From the NCBI GenBank assembly GCA_964016885.1, contig OZ024742.1, forward strand, positions 130,014,001-130,078,000: a stretch of 64,000 bases of DNA, read 5' to 3'. A program made the translations under genes and the position numbers. Shown piece by piece: positions 1 to 11,033 of the stretch (its first letter is position 1; every line of letters starts with the position of its first letter). Below the pieces are notes generated by a model. The model had not been told where the DNA came from. It ran no database searches and worked only from the letters and a program-made list of their open reading frames with translations. The stretch is from Eledone cirrhosa. Taxonomy: Eukaryota.

Positions 1-369
1 AACAATTATTAATATGTTTCTTTTTTACATCATATTTTTTTAGTATACCTATTTTCGTCATAATTTTGTAATGAATTAACTATGATACACATGTAACATT
101 ATTTTTAATATAACTGATTGCATCAGATGAAATATTACAGCCTTTAGTTCAATATTACAAATGTTCACAACAATCAGTTCACGAGTAAAGATATGATAAA
201 CATTTGCATTAAGAGATCTATTTTTAGGTATTTTCTGCTAAATCATTACAGGATGTTAAGAGTTAGAGTACTGAACAATTAAACATATAATTCTAAACAA
301 ACTTATGATTTACGGAGTACTGAGAAAATTTGTAATTTGAATTGAAAATGTGATTGTCCCAAACATTAA

Positions 370-530
370 ACACTGGATATTGAACCAAATGTCTTACAGT
401 ATTGCTTCCGGCTCTTTATGTTCTGGGTTTAAATGCTGCTGATGTCAATTTTGCCTTTCATCCTTCTGAGGTTGATAAAATAAAGTATTGTAATCAATTG
501 ACGCCTGCTTCCAAACTTGTGCTTATCATC
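370..530 (+). mobile_element. Degenerate tRNA-derived SINE (family S1)
   Basis: Diverged match to the S1 core (ttttgcctttcatccttctgaggttgataaaataaagta). Confidence 0.6.
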
Positions 531-866
531 ATCATCATCATTTTTACATCTGTTTTTCCACACTCACAGGGGTTAGAAACAATTATTAAAATGGAATTCG
601 GAAAATATCTTAACAAAATGTTAAGGAGGTTTTAATTTAAATATAAATACTCCAAAATTAGAGGCTTTGTATTATAAAACAGATGATAGGACTGGGGTCC
701 CTTATTATTAAAAGACCCAAGAAACCCTCTATGAGACACATCATAGGAAGCTGGCAAATCTTGCACGAGTGTAAGCTGTAAGAACATTATAAAACAAGAA
801 GTAGTCTCACAGCTTGCTTTCAAAAAGATTAGAATATAGAATATAAAAGTGAATATATAAACTTAC

Positions 867-1110
867 CTCAATATCATTTCTAATATGTTGCTCAGATGTA
901 CGACAAATCTTCTGTGTCTGTGATACACTCAGTTTCGTACATTTGTTCACATATTTGCCTTCCATACCAGTCTTAGCTTTCATTTCCTGTATTTGGTCTT
1001 TTAAGTAAGCAATCATCTCATTTCGGCTTTCGATCTCTCGTTCTTTTTCTTCTGTAACCTCTGCCAGAAGTTTGTTTAATTCCTTCAGTCTTAGCTGACT
1101 GCATCGTTCC
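867..1110 (-). CDS. IQCG: Internal coding exon of IQ domain-containing protein G / dynein regulatory complex subunit 9
   Basis: 244-nt exon with acceptor ttctaacttttatgtgaag| (branch-like CTAAC) and donor GAG|GTAAGT. It reads G+ERCSQLRLKELNKLLAEVTEEKEREIESRNEMIAYLKDQIQEMKAKTGMEGKYVNKCTKLSVSQTQKICRTSEQHIRNDIE, matching the remembered IQCG/DRC9 coiled-coil motif (IAxLKDQLQEMKAK...Y...TEL.IAQTQK.C). No other exon of the gene was recognised. Confidence 0.85.
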
Positions 1111-2090
1111 CTTCACATAAAAGTTAGAAGACTCAAATAAAATCATACTGAAATCATACATAAAATGATAACATTTCATTTTTATTTTTATCATCAACAT
1201 CTATGATTAGTAATTATGTTTTCATTCTCGAAGAGATTTCTGAAAATAGCAGTCTCATGAGAGAAATCTTTAGAGAAATCTTTGATAACAAATTTTTTTT
1301 TAAAATACAGAAAATTTTCTTTAAAAAATATAGAACAGTAACTTTGCCATCTTAGCATCGTTTTATCGATAAGTTACAATATGCTATGCAAGTGGAAAAT
1401 AGAATGATTCGAAAAGTAATAAATGAATCTCACCTCGAAAACAGTAATCAAATTATCTCAAGTAAAGGTCTAGAAGTAAAGTGAGAGCTAAAATGTCATA
1501 AACATGACAAATCAATAATTTAAATGCTAAAGAATATTAACCCTGTCTTTCCAGTTTTCCTGTTTAACATTATGTTTTGCAATAACTATCTTGGAAATTT
1601 AGACACATAATCACCAATCAGTCAGTATGAACCCGAATCTTCCAAATTATGGAAGCAATGTGGATACGGATAATTGGTGACAAGGACATCAAACCACCTT
1701 ATTTTCCTTTGCTTGTGATGCATTAACTATGTAATACAAAAAGATTCACAAGCTTTGAACTATTAAACTGATCAAAGAATTTTATTGATAATGCTCTCAT
1801 AAGAGGACATATTAATCAACATTACTAACTGCCAAGAGGTGATATCATAAAGAATTTAAGAACAACTAAGATAGTTCATATCCCAGAAGACAATCAAAGA
1901 TGAAACCAATTGAAACAGTGCAAAACACACAAAAAAAACATGATAAATGAGAGCAACAGTCTGGAAAATTTAAATTAATGATCATAACAATACCATTTCA
2001 TAAATTTAGTCATATGGCAAATCAAATTAGTATTATGAAGAATCATGAAAGGTGCTCATATACAATGAATACATCCATAAATGAATACTC

Positions 2091-2300
2091 TGGCAGTATC
2101 AGTAGAGGGTTGGACGCCATGCTTTGCAGCATACAGTTACGGCCCTTTATGATCTGAGTTCAAATCCTGCCGAGGTTAACTTTGCTTTTCATCCTTACGG
2201 GTTTGATAAAATAAAGTACCAGTCACACACTGGGGTCGATTTAATCAACTTTCCCCTCTCCCAAAATTGCTGGCCTTGTGCCTAAAGTAGAAACAATTAT
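2091..2300 (+). mobile_element. tRNA-derived SINE, family S1 (Meta-domain-like core)
   Basis: A-box tggcagtatcag, B-box gagttcaaatcc, core gccgaggttaactttgcttttcatccttacgggtttgataaaataaagtaccag, tail gtgcctaaagtagaaacaattatta. Confidence 0.85.
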
Positions 2301-2469
2301 TATTGCTGTTGTTGTTGCTGCTGTTGTTGATTGACAAAAGCTTCAAGTGTTTAATTATTTTCTGAGTTCAAATCCCACTGAGATAAACTTTGTCAGGTAG
2401 TGGGATTCAACATAATCAACTGTTCTCTCACCAATATTTATGTATAAATAAAATTATCATTATCATTAT

Positions 2470-3646
2470 TAAGATGAATCTTAATTCCTGGTTTAGTCAA
2501 GATAGTGAACCACATCCAGTTTTCTTAGGCAACATGACATTGTTTCATCCTTTTCAGTTTATATCCAGTACCTTTTGTATTATTCCAATTGTTCCAGGCA
2601 AACAAGGTTTCTGTAACATTTCTACTGTAAGATTCATACTTTCTTCCTTACCTTCCATGTGAGTATCAAATGGACTATCAAGCTGGGTCTATCAACTGAC
2701 ACATCTTGCTTTTCTTTTTGATCTAGCTGTTTATCAGTTTATATGGGCCAATCCCATAAAATTTTGCAATCTTCCAACTCCAATACTTTCTCCGGTTGGT
2801 GCATATACCATTTGTCTGTCTTGACAAATCCCCACTTCTCACACAGTTTCTAATGGATTACATTGGCCATGTTATCATGTCTCACCTTCTTAAATTCATT
2901 TTGAGCAAGTTTCAGGCACTCTGAGATAATGTGTGCCACTGTTTCAATTGCTCCACCCAACAATCGACACAGAGAACATACATCGTCTCCATATACTGAT
3001 TTTCTGATGTTATTCATGCAAATTGCCTGATCTTGTGCTGCAATTTTTCAAATATCACTTCTTTAGCCAATCCTATGATTTCATCCCTCTCACTTTTTCT
3101 CAGCTTTTCTAAACTGCCCTCATATGCAGTTTCATGTTCATTCTATACCTTTTCTTTTCTTTTTCCACCAGTATTAGTTCCTAACAAACCTGTTCTCTTT
3201 ACTTCTCTCAGTAACACCTCTCTGGGCATACGTAAACGTTGCTTTAACTCTTCTATTTCTATTCTAACACAATCGTCTATCCCAATCCAACCTCGGTCTC
3301 CATTTGCTCTTTTCATATATAATTGGTCCACATCTGGCTTGAGGTGATGTGCTCCATACAACGTCAGCAGCTTTTTCGTTTTGTCATCCAAAGCCTCCAA
3401 CTCTGCCTTCATCCAATCTATGATGCCAGCCCCATATCTAATGATTGACACTGCTCTTGAGTTGGTAGCAGAGATAATATTCCCACAGTTGAGTTTTGAT
3501 TTAAATATTGTCCTCAATCGTCATAATACTCTTTGCTTATCTGATCCTTCATCTCTTTATGTTTTATTCCAACTGTTTCCAATATTCCAAGATATTTATA
3601 TCCTCTTCCTTCTCTGCATTTCATCATGTTACTATCTAACATTACA
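2470..3646 (-). mobile_element. 3' fragment of an R4/Dong-like (restriction-like endonuclease) non-LTR retrotransposon, decayed
   Basis: YKYLGILE, KSKLNCGNIISATNSRAVSIIRYGAGIIDW..ELEALDDKT, LYMKRANGDRGW, then CR..(G)ETVAHIISEC..LAQ....RHD CCHC motif and KILWD; stops and frameshifts. Confidence 0.8.
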
Positions 3647-3925
3647 ATTCCTTTTGTGCCTCTCCTTTGTTCTGTCCTACGCCATCTTGTTGGTAGTAGG
3701 ACAGAACAAAGGAGAGGCACAAAACAAAGAAAAGAATCCCCAGTCACTGAAGAGGTCACATAATGTGTGACGAAAGAACTTTGACAATATATGAACCAAC
3801 CGACCAACCGGAAATTTATAAATTTTTAAATTTATAATCTAATTTATAATAAATTGGAGTGAAAGCAACTGGTGCGTGTGTTTCTTGATGGCAACATGAC
3901 CCTCCCAAAGTATAACAATATATAT
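3647..3925 (+). mobile_element. PLE-type terminal repeat fragment (family H1) with 5' hairpin
   Basis: Near-identical to 6620-6875; short inverted head (3653-3725); ends in (TA)n. Confidence 0.75.
3743..3785 (+). ncRNA. Minimal type I hammerhead ribozyme (H1)
   Basis: Stem I GTCA/TGAC, CTGAAGA, stem II GTCACA/TGTGAC, GAAA, 2-bp stem III AG-aa-CT, CUU site. Confidence 0.65.
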
Positions 3926-4018
3926 ATATATATCCTTGACCACCTTGACCGACCATATAACATATTATAAAGTTAGAAGAAATAATAGACACAGATATAT
4001 ACCTATTTTTCTTCAATG

Positions 4019-4109
4019 TCCCGACTGTACAGTTTCGCTGGTCACTATGCAAACATTTTATATCATAGAGATGTAACATTGTTGAGAGGTAAGCCAGCTT
4101 TTCAAGGGA
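4019..4109 (-). ncRNA. Type I hammerhead ribozyme with U3-A8 core (H2)
   Basis: Minus strand: TCCC TTGAAAA GCTGG..(long loop)..CCAGC GAAA CTGTACAG TC GGGA; palindromic stem III, GUC site. Confidence 0.7.
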
Positions 4110-4574
4110 GCACCTCAGGGAAAGAACGCTTCTAGACACGTCCGTAGCATGTGAGAGAATCACAAAAAGGCGGAGGGAGATACTATCACGTGATACACCG
4201 GTCAAGAAAGGGGACTAAATCCCTTGTAGCAGTGAAAAATATCTCAGAAGGCAGAGGGGATATTGATATGATACAGAGGCTACAGAGGGGTATATACATG
4301 TATATGTATGTATGCACATATATATGTGTACCTCTCATTATTGTATATATTCATTTCATTTTACGTCCGTTTTTCCCTGCTTGCAAGGGTGGGACGGGAA
4401 CTGATTCTGGCTTGATATATATATATATATTTATGTATATGTGTATATATATATATCATCATCATCATCACCATTTTACGTCCGTTCTTCCACGCTAGCA
4501 TGGGTTAAACGATATATATATATATATATATATATTTATGTATATGTATATGTGTATATATATATATATGTGTA

Positions 4575-4912
4575 TCATCATCATCATCATCATTTCATTT
4601 TACATCCGCTTTTTCCCTGCTTGCAAGGGTGGGACGGGAACTGATTTTGGCTTGGTTTATACAGCTGGATGCCACCAACCTCATTTACAGTGAGTGCTGG
4701 GTGCTTTTTTGCCGTGGCACCTGCACGACCACTTTGCAGTGGAATGATATGGACCCCAGTCCCTATCATTTCATTTCTACAGCTGAGTAAACTGGAGCAA
4801 TGTGAAATAAAGTGTCTTGCTCAAGGAAACAACACATCACCCGGTCTGAGAATTGAACTCACAACCCTTTGATTGCAACGCCAATGCTTTAACCACTAAG
4901 CCATGTGCCTCC
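4575..4912 (-). mobile_element. tRNA-derived CORE-like SINE (family S2) with RTE-derived 3' tail
   Basis: Minus-strand head GGAGGCACATGGCTTAGTGGTTAAAG..GAGTTCAATTC, core CCTTGAGCAAGACACTTTATTTCACATTGCTCCAG, tail CCCGTCCCACCCTTGCAAGCAGGGAAAA + (TGA)n; tail-only fragment at ~4352-4415. Confidence 0.85.
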
Positions 4913-4972
<60 letters not shown>

Positions 4973-5058
4973 ATATGTATATATATGTGTGTATATATAT
5001 GTGTATATATATATTAAAATATAAATATTAATAAAATAGATGTTCTTTTGATCAATTA

Positions 5059-5113
5059 CATTTTATTATACATATTTCGGATGTACAACAGTACGTCCTC
5101 ATCAGACAAAATA
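5059..5113 (-). ncRNA. Type I hammerhead ribozyme (H3a) in a ~150-bp insert between (TA)n tracts
   Basis: Minus: TTTTGT CTGATGA GGACGTAC-tgtt-GTACATCC GAAA TA-tg-TA TA ATAAAA; AUA site. Confidence 0.7.
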
Positions 5114-5162
5114 TAATGATACATGACATACCCTGAGATAATCATTGAATATCGTTTAACAC

Positions 5163-5246
<84 letters not shown>

Positions 5247-5269
5247 ATATGAACACTACTAAATTCATC

Positions 5270-5800
5270 CACTTCTTTGTGATAAAACCTTTCCATCTCA
5301 CACGATCCAACATTAACTGCCTCAATTCTTCACCGGATAATTGTGTTTTTCTCAATGACTCTCTTTAATGTCTTGAGAGGTCTTTTATATTTGCGCTTAC
5401 ATTAGTTGGCTTCCTTAGTAAAAGTTTTGTAGCAGATTTGTCAGCTCTCATGACATGACTTGCAAGTTGAAGAGGCTTGATATGGATAGTATGACTAATG
5501 GGCAGGAGGTTGCCATAGAAAACTTTGTTTGTAACACAGTCGAGAAGTTTCATGCTTTTTATCTTACTTACCATTCGTGTATAGCAACCATCTAAAGCTT
5601 TGGTGATAGGTGTTGTTATTGACCATGATTCACAAGAATACAATAAGATTGATTCCACTCAAGCTTTGAAATAATCTAACTTTTATTTTTGTGGTTATAT
5701 TAGATTACCACACCCTAACTAGCAAGTTCCCAGCAGCCCATGCTGGTGCTATCTTGGTGTTTACATAAGATGAGTAGGTGTATGTGCCAAGCTATTTGGG
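5270..5800 (-). mobile_element. Decayed RTE/RTEX-like LINE 3' fragment
   Basis: ESILLYSCESWSIT..LDGCYTRM..LQLASHVMR..MLDRVRWK, typical RTE C-terminal motifs. Confidence 0.7.
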
Positions 5801-5922
5801 ACAACTCCCGTCTAACCCATGCTAGCATGGAAGAAAGACGTTAAACAATGATGATGATGGTGATGATGATGATATATATATATGTATGTGTGTATATATA
5901 TATATATATATAAATGTATGTG

Positions 5923-5974
<52 letters not shown>

Positions 5975-5976
5975 TA

Positions 5977-6147
5977 CGTTATTCCGGGTTGAATCGGAGG
6001 TAACCACAGTAAGGTACTCAATACATAGCAGAGTATAAAAGTTTTAATATAGATGAGATTCTACAGGACTAGAACTGTTTCATTCTTTAGAAATCATCAG
6101 GAGATGATTTCTAAAGAATGAAACAGTTCTAGTCCTGTAGAATCTCA

Positions 6148-6153
<6 letters not shown>
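5977..6153. mobile_element. Hairpin PLE-end element (family H4) in (TA)n
   Basis: Inverted arms 6047-6098 / 6103-6153; hammerhead core on the minus strand; near-identical copy at 38988-39204. Confidence 0.75.
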
Positions 6154-6226
<73 letters not shown>

Positions 6227-6227
6227 G

Positions 6228-6292
<65 letters not shown>

Positions 6293-6348
6293 TTCGTTTC
6301 TGAATTTGATTAGCAAGATTCTTTATCTGAAAACGTGTGATGAAACCA

Positions 6349-6875
6349 ATATTGTTATACTTTGGGAGGGTCATGTTGCCAATAAGAAACACAAGCACCA
6401 GTTGCTTTCACTCCAATTTATTATAAATTAAATTTATAAATTTAAGAATTTATAAATTTCCGGTTGGTTGGTTGGTTCCACAACCGGACGGTTGTTCATA
6501 TATTGTCAAAGTTCTTTCGTCACACATTATGTGACCTCTTCAGTGACTGGGGATTCTTTTCTTTGTTTTGTGCCTCTCCTTTGTTCTGTCCTACGCCATC
6601 TTGTTTTTGTGTGTGTTGTCAAGATGGCATAGGACAGAGCAAAGGAGAGGCACAAAACAAAGAAAAGAATCCCCAGTCACTGAAGAGATCACAGAATGTG
6701 TGACGAAAGAACTTTGACAATATATGAACAACTGTCCGGTTGTGGAACCAACCAGCCAACCGGAAATTTATAAATTCTTAAATTTATAAATTTAATTTAT
6801 AATAAATTGGAGTGAAAGCAACTGGTGCATGTGTTTCTTATTGGCAACATGACCCTCCCAAAGTATAACAATATA
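6349..6875. mobile_element. Inverted pair of PLE terminal repeats (H1), ~255-bp arms
   Basis: Arms ~6349-6603 and ~6620-6875; hammerhead at 6505-6547 (-) and 6676-6718 (+); (TA)n on both sides, with a ~60-bp unrelated stretch on the left. Confidence 0.8.
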
Positions 6876-7505
6876 TATATATATATATTTATACTCGGAA
6901 TTTTACCTAGAGTGCTTAAAATTATTTGTGACTAATCCCGGTCTTTTTTTTAAAAAAAAGTGCGATAATATTGCTATTTTGCTGAACTCCTTACATTTTG
7001 TAGAGTTTTTTGACTGTTGTTTCTTGTAAATAGACATTCGTCTCATTCTGACGTCACCAGCCATGTCTCTCCATGTGTGTTTATTTTCATAATTCCGCAT
7101 GAGGTGAACTAGCCTGCTTTTAAATTCCCTTTTTGGCATATTTTGGCAGTGGAACTTTTGGTTATCGCATTGAGCTCTACTGAGGAACGAATCCAACCGT
7201 GACTAATTCCACTGAAAAGTTTCGTGAAATAGCCTTTTTAAGACTATATAGAGCATTTGTAGTTTTTCCAAATTGAAGGATGCGTATTTAAACTTTATTT
7301 TATTTTGAGTTAAGACACTATTGGTTTTTTCCGTGGATTTCACAAAATCTGTGGTTAAAATCTCTGTCTTGATTTTTTTTTTTAATTGAGTTTGAATTAT
7401 TTTCCCATATCTTACATTAATTATTTTCCATTTTGATGTTATAGTCACTTATATATTATGAAATACTGTTGGCTTCTTGCTCACATTAATTTCTATATTT
7501 TCATT

Positions 7506-7599
<94 letters not shown>

Positions 7600-7601
7600 C
7601 A

Positions 7602-7722
7602 CACCAGTTGGTGCTACTGGTAACATGTATCCCAGTACAACCTGTATCATGGTCGAGTCGTTGGCGACGGAACTGGCAACCCCACCAAGGTTTCTTGGGG
7701 AGGAGGTTGACGTTGGAGTCCA
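7602..7722 (+). mobile_element. Conserved structured leader shared with element 54051-54660 (RTE-like 5' end)
   Basis: ggtgctactggtaacatgtatcccagtacaacctg..ggcaaccccaccaaggtttcttgg matches the reverse complement of 54535-54655. Confidence 0.6.
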
Positions 7723-8178
7723 GCAGAAAGAGGATTTGCTTTGAAATCACTATACGTATCTGAGGAACTTGCGAATCCAGAGTCAGGTTCAATCCACACA
7801 CAGATCGCAGCTCGAGCTGTTTGCCGGAGAAACAATTGTAATACGTAATAAATTGTGTTCCGATGCATCACTGGTTCTTCATTTTCCATATTATATATAC
7901 TGTTTGTTCCTCCTTCAATGATCACATACATTACACACCTGAACTGCCTCTCACATGGCCTGAAGACATTATGTACTTCATAGCCCCTCATGTACGTCTA
8001 TCATTACTTCATAAATCAGCCTCCCATCTAATTACATTGATATCTGAGGCTTTAACAAATTGAATGAACTCATATTTGGTTTTAACATTTCAAAGTTATG
8101 ATTTTCTTTCTCTCTCTCTTTCTATGCCTCTATCTAACCATCTATCTATCTATCCCTAACTCTCTCCCTCTCTCTCTC

Positions 8179-8185
<7 letters not shown>

Positions 8186-8249
<64 letters not shown>

Positions 8250-8278
8250 ATGTGTGTGCATGTGTGTGTGAGTGTGTC
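8186..8278. repeat. (TG)n microsatellite
   Basis: Direct reading. Confidence 0.95.
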
Positions 8279-8743
8279 TTTCTTGTGTTGTTACTATTGT
8301 TGTTGTTAAAAATGGAACTGGAAAGCCATTTTATTGCAATTTATTTTCTTTATTCATTAGTATTAGATATTAAATATCTTATTCAGAGAAATTTGAAAAG
8401 AAAAAAAAGATTTTACTCACAAAAATTTTGAAATAAATTAAAGTTTTTACATTCATATATTTCAGTGGAACACACTATTTTCAAGACATGTAGAATTATA
8501 GACAGGAATTCTTTTTTATATTCAACCCTTCCATTCTGGTACAGAGACTTTGAAAGCACTGTCATCAATGGCTTTATGAAGTGATGCAAGGAAAATCATG
8601 GATATTGAATATGAAATGAATCAAGTTAGTAGGTTGTATTGACATCATGAATTTGTGCTTCTCCTGTTGGAACTAGGACCAGACCTTCCATCTTCCTGAT
8701 ATAGTAGTAGTTTGACACACATTCTTTCCAGGCAAATCGTATT

Positions 8744-8791
<48 letters not shown>

Positions 8792-9089
8792 AGTCCTGGG
8801 TTCAATCAGGGGTAACCACAGTAAGTAAGGTACTCAATACATTAGTAGAGTGTAGACATAATATTTAATATAGAAATGGCTTCTACAGGACTAGAACTGT
8901 TTCATTCAAAAGAAATCAGCAGGAAAGCTTTCCTGATGATTTCTTTTGAATGAAACAGTTCTAGTCCTGTAGAAGCCATTTCTATATTAAATTTGATATA
9001 AAGAAATCATCAGGAAAGTTTTCCTGATGATTTCTTTTGAATGAAACAGTTCTAGTCCTGTAGAAGCCATTTCTATATCAAATTTGATT

Positions 9090-9092
<3 letters not shown>
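8792..9092 (+). mobile_element. PLE-end element (H4-related) with inverted plus tandem hammerhead units
   Basis: Palindrome ~8865-8993 followed by a direct repeat 9001-9085; CTGATGA at 8933 and 9024, GAAACAG..CTGTA GAAG. Confidence 0.75.
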
Positions 9093-9152
<60 letters not shown>

Positions 9153-9485
9153 ATAAAACATGTCTATAGAATCACCAGATAAAATCATCATCATCATCAT
9201 CATCATCAACGTTTAACGTCCGTGTTCAACATATGTTGATTTAAAACTGCACTATCCACAAGTGTTTTTTAACCTTCATATCATGTCCTCCTATTTTATC
9301 TGATGAAAACACAAATGTTATTGCATGATGATATTTGTTTTTGAAATGCGCATAATAAAATACATGGAACTCATTTAACCATCTTTTGATCTTATATATT
9401 ATGTATACTCCAGTCCTACAAACTGTAGAGTGCTTCTTAACCGATATCTGCATTGCTTTATTGTACTACAATAAAACTCACCTCC

Positions 9486-9534
<49 letters not shown>

Positions 9535-9539
<5 letters not shown>

Positions 9540-9980
9540 ATTAAATAAATGGAAACTATATTTATAAAACCATATTTATTTCATTATATATATTTCGGGG
9601 ATATCATATTAACAATATGCTATGCCTTCCTCAGACAAAATACAATATAAACAGTTTTATAGATAAATAGATTCGACATACCGTTATAACACCGACTTCC
9701 ATTTGAAGAGGTTTAAGCTGGCAGCTTAAACCTCTTCAAATGGAAGTCGGTGTTATAACGGTATGTCGAATCTATTTATCTATAAAACTGTTTATATTGT
9801 ATTTTGTCTGAGGAAGGCATAGCATATTGTTAATATGATATCCCCGAAATATATATAATGAAATAAATATGGTTTTATAAATATAGTTTCCATTTATTTA
9901 ATATTGTAAATATACTCCAAATATTTGTCGAGTGCTTTTATATCAGTTATAAATATTTACTAGTTGTAACCCAACAATTT
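9535..9980. mobile_element. Perfect 373-bp palindrome (centre 9721) of PLE terminal repeat H3b, plus tail
   Basis: Arms 9535-9720 and 9722-9907; hammerhead at 9801-9864 (+) and 9578-9641 (-); (TA)n on both sides. Confidence 0.85.
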
Positions 9981-9995
9981 TAATTATAACTTTCC

Positions 9996-10045
<50 letters not shown>

Positions 10046-10317
10046 ATATACTAAAATATTCAAAAATAGTTTGTAGTGTGGTTATGATGTTGATATCAAA
10101 AGAAATTATATATAATTAGTTATTTCCTGCACTCAACCTAATACTCTAATCACTAAGCCACATGCCTTCACACAAACACACACATTCATGTAAACGCTGC
10201 CTGTAACTGTATTTACACACCTAACTAACATACACACACACAAACATATATATGTATATATATATATATATAAACATATATATACATATATGTTTATATA
10301 TACATATATACATATAT

Positions 10318-10357
<40 letters not shown>

Positions 10358-10810
10358 GGAAAAGAATGAAACGAAATTTCATTTCTCACTCTTAGTACGG
10401 CTGGTACTTAAATGTAAGTATGTACACGTACATACATATATGTATACAGACGTACAGTAGCATGTATATATATACATACATGCACACATATATATATATG
10501 TACGTAGGGGTTTACCGAACATTTATTATAATGTTCGGTTTGTTTGTTTGTAAACAAACAAACAGCCCGAATTACGCCGTACGTTGTTCAGGCAACCATC
10601 ATCGCCTTTTTGTTCAACACTGACACAGGAACAATGTACTAGTTTCAACCTTATTAGCTATCGTCAGCATCGTATACCTTCCTGCCAGATGTTTGAACGT
10701 CTGAAAGTATATACTTTCCTTATGCATATTAACATATACATATGTTTATATATACATATACACATAAATACATATATGTTTATATATACCTATATATATG
10801 TTTATATATA

Positions 10811-10883
<73 letters not shown>

Positions 10884-10937
10884 TGTTTATATATATACAT
10901 ATATATATACACATATATATATATATGTTTATATATA

Positions 10938-10982
<45 letters not shown>

Positions 10983-11033
10983 CAATGCCAAAATGCTTAT
11001 CAGCACAGCAACAAATAGGAACAACAACAAAGT

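Noticed and set aside
10513-10566. Two adjacent small hairpins
   Set aside because: Short and partly simple repeat; no ribozyme core or TE terminus identified
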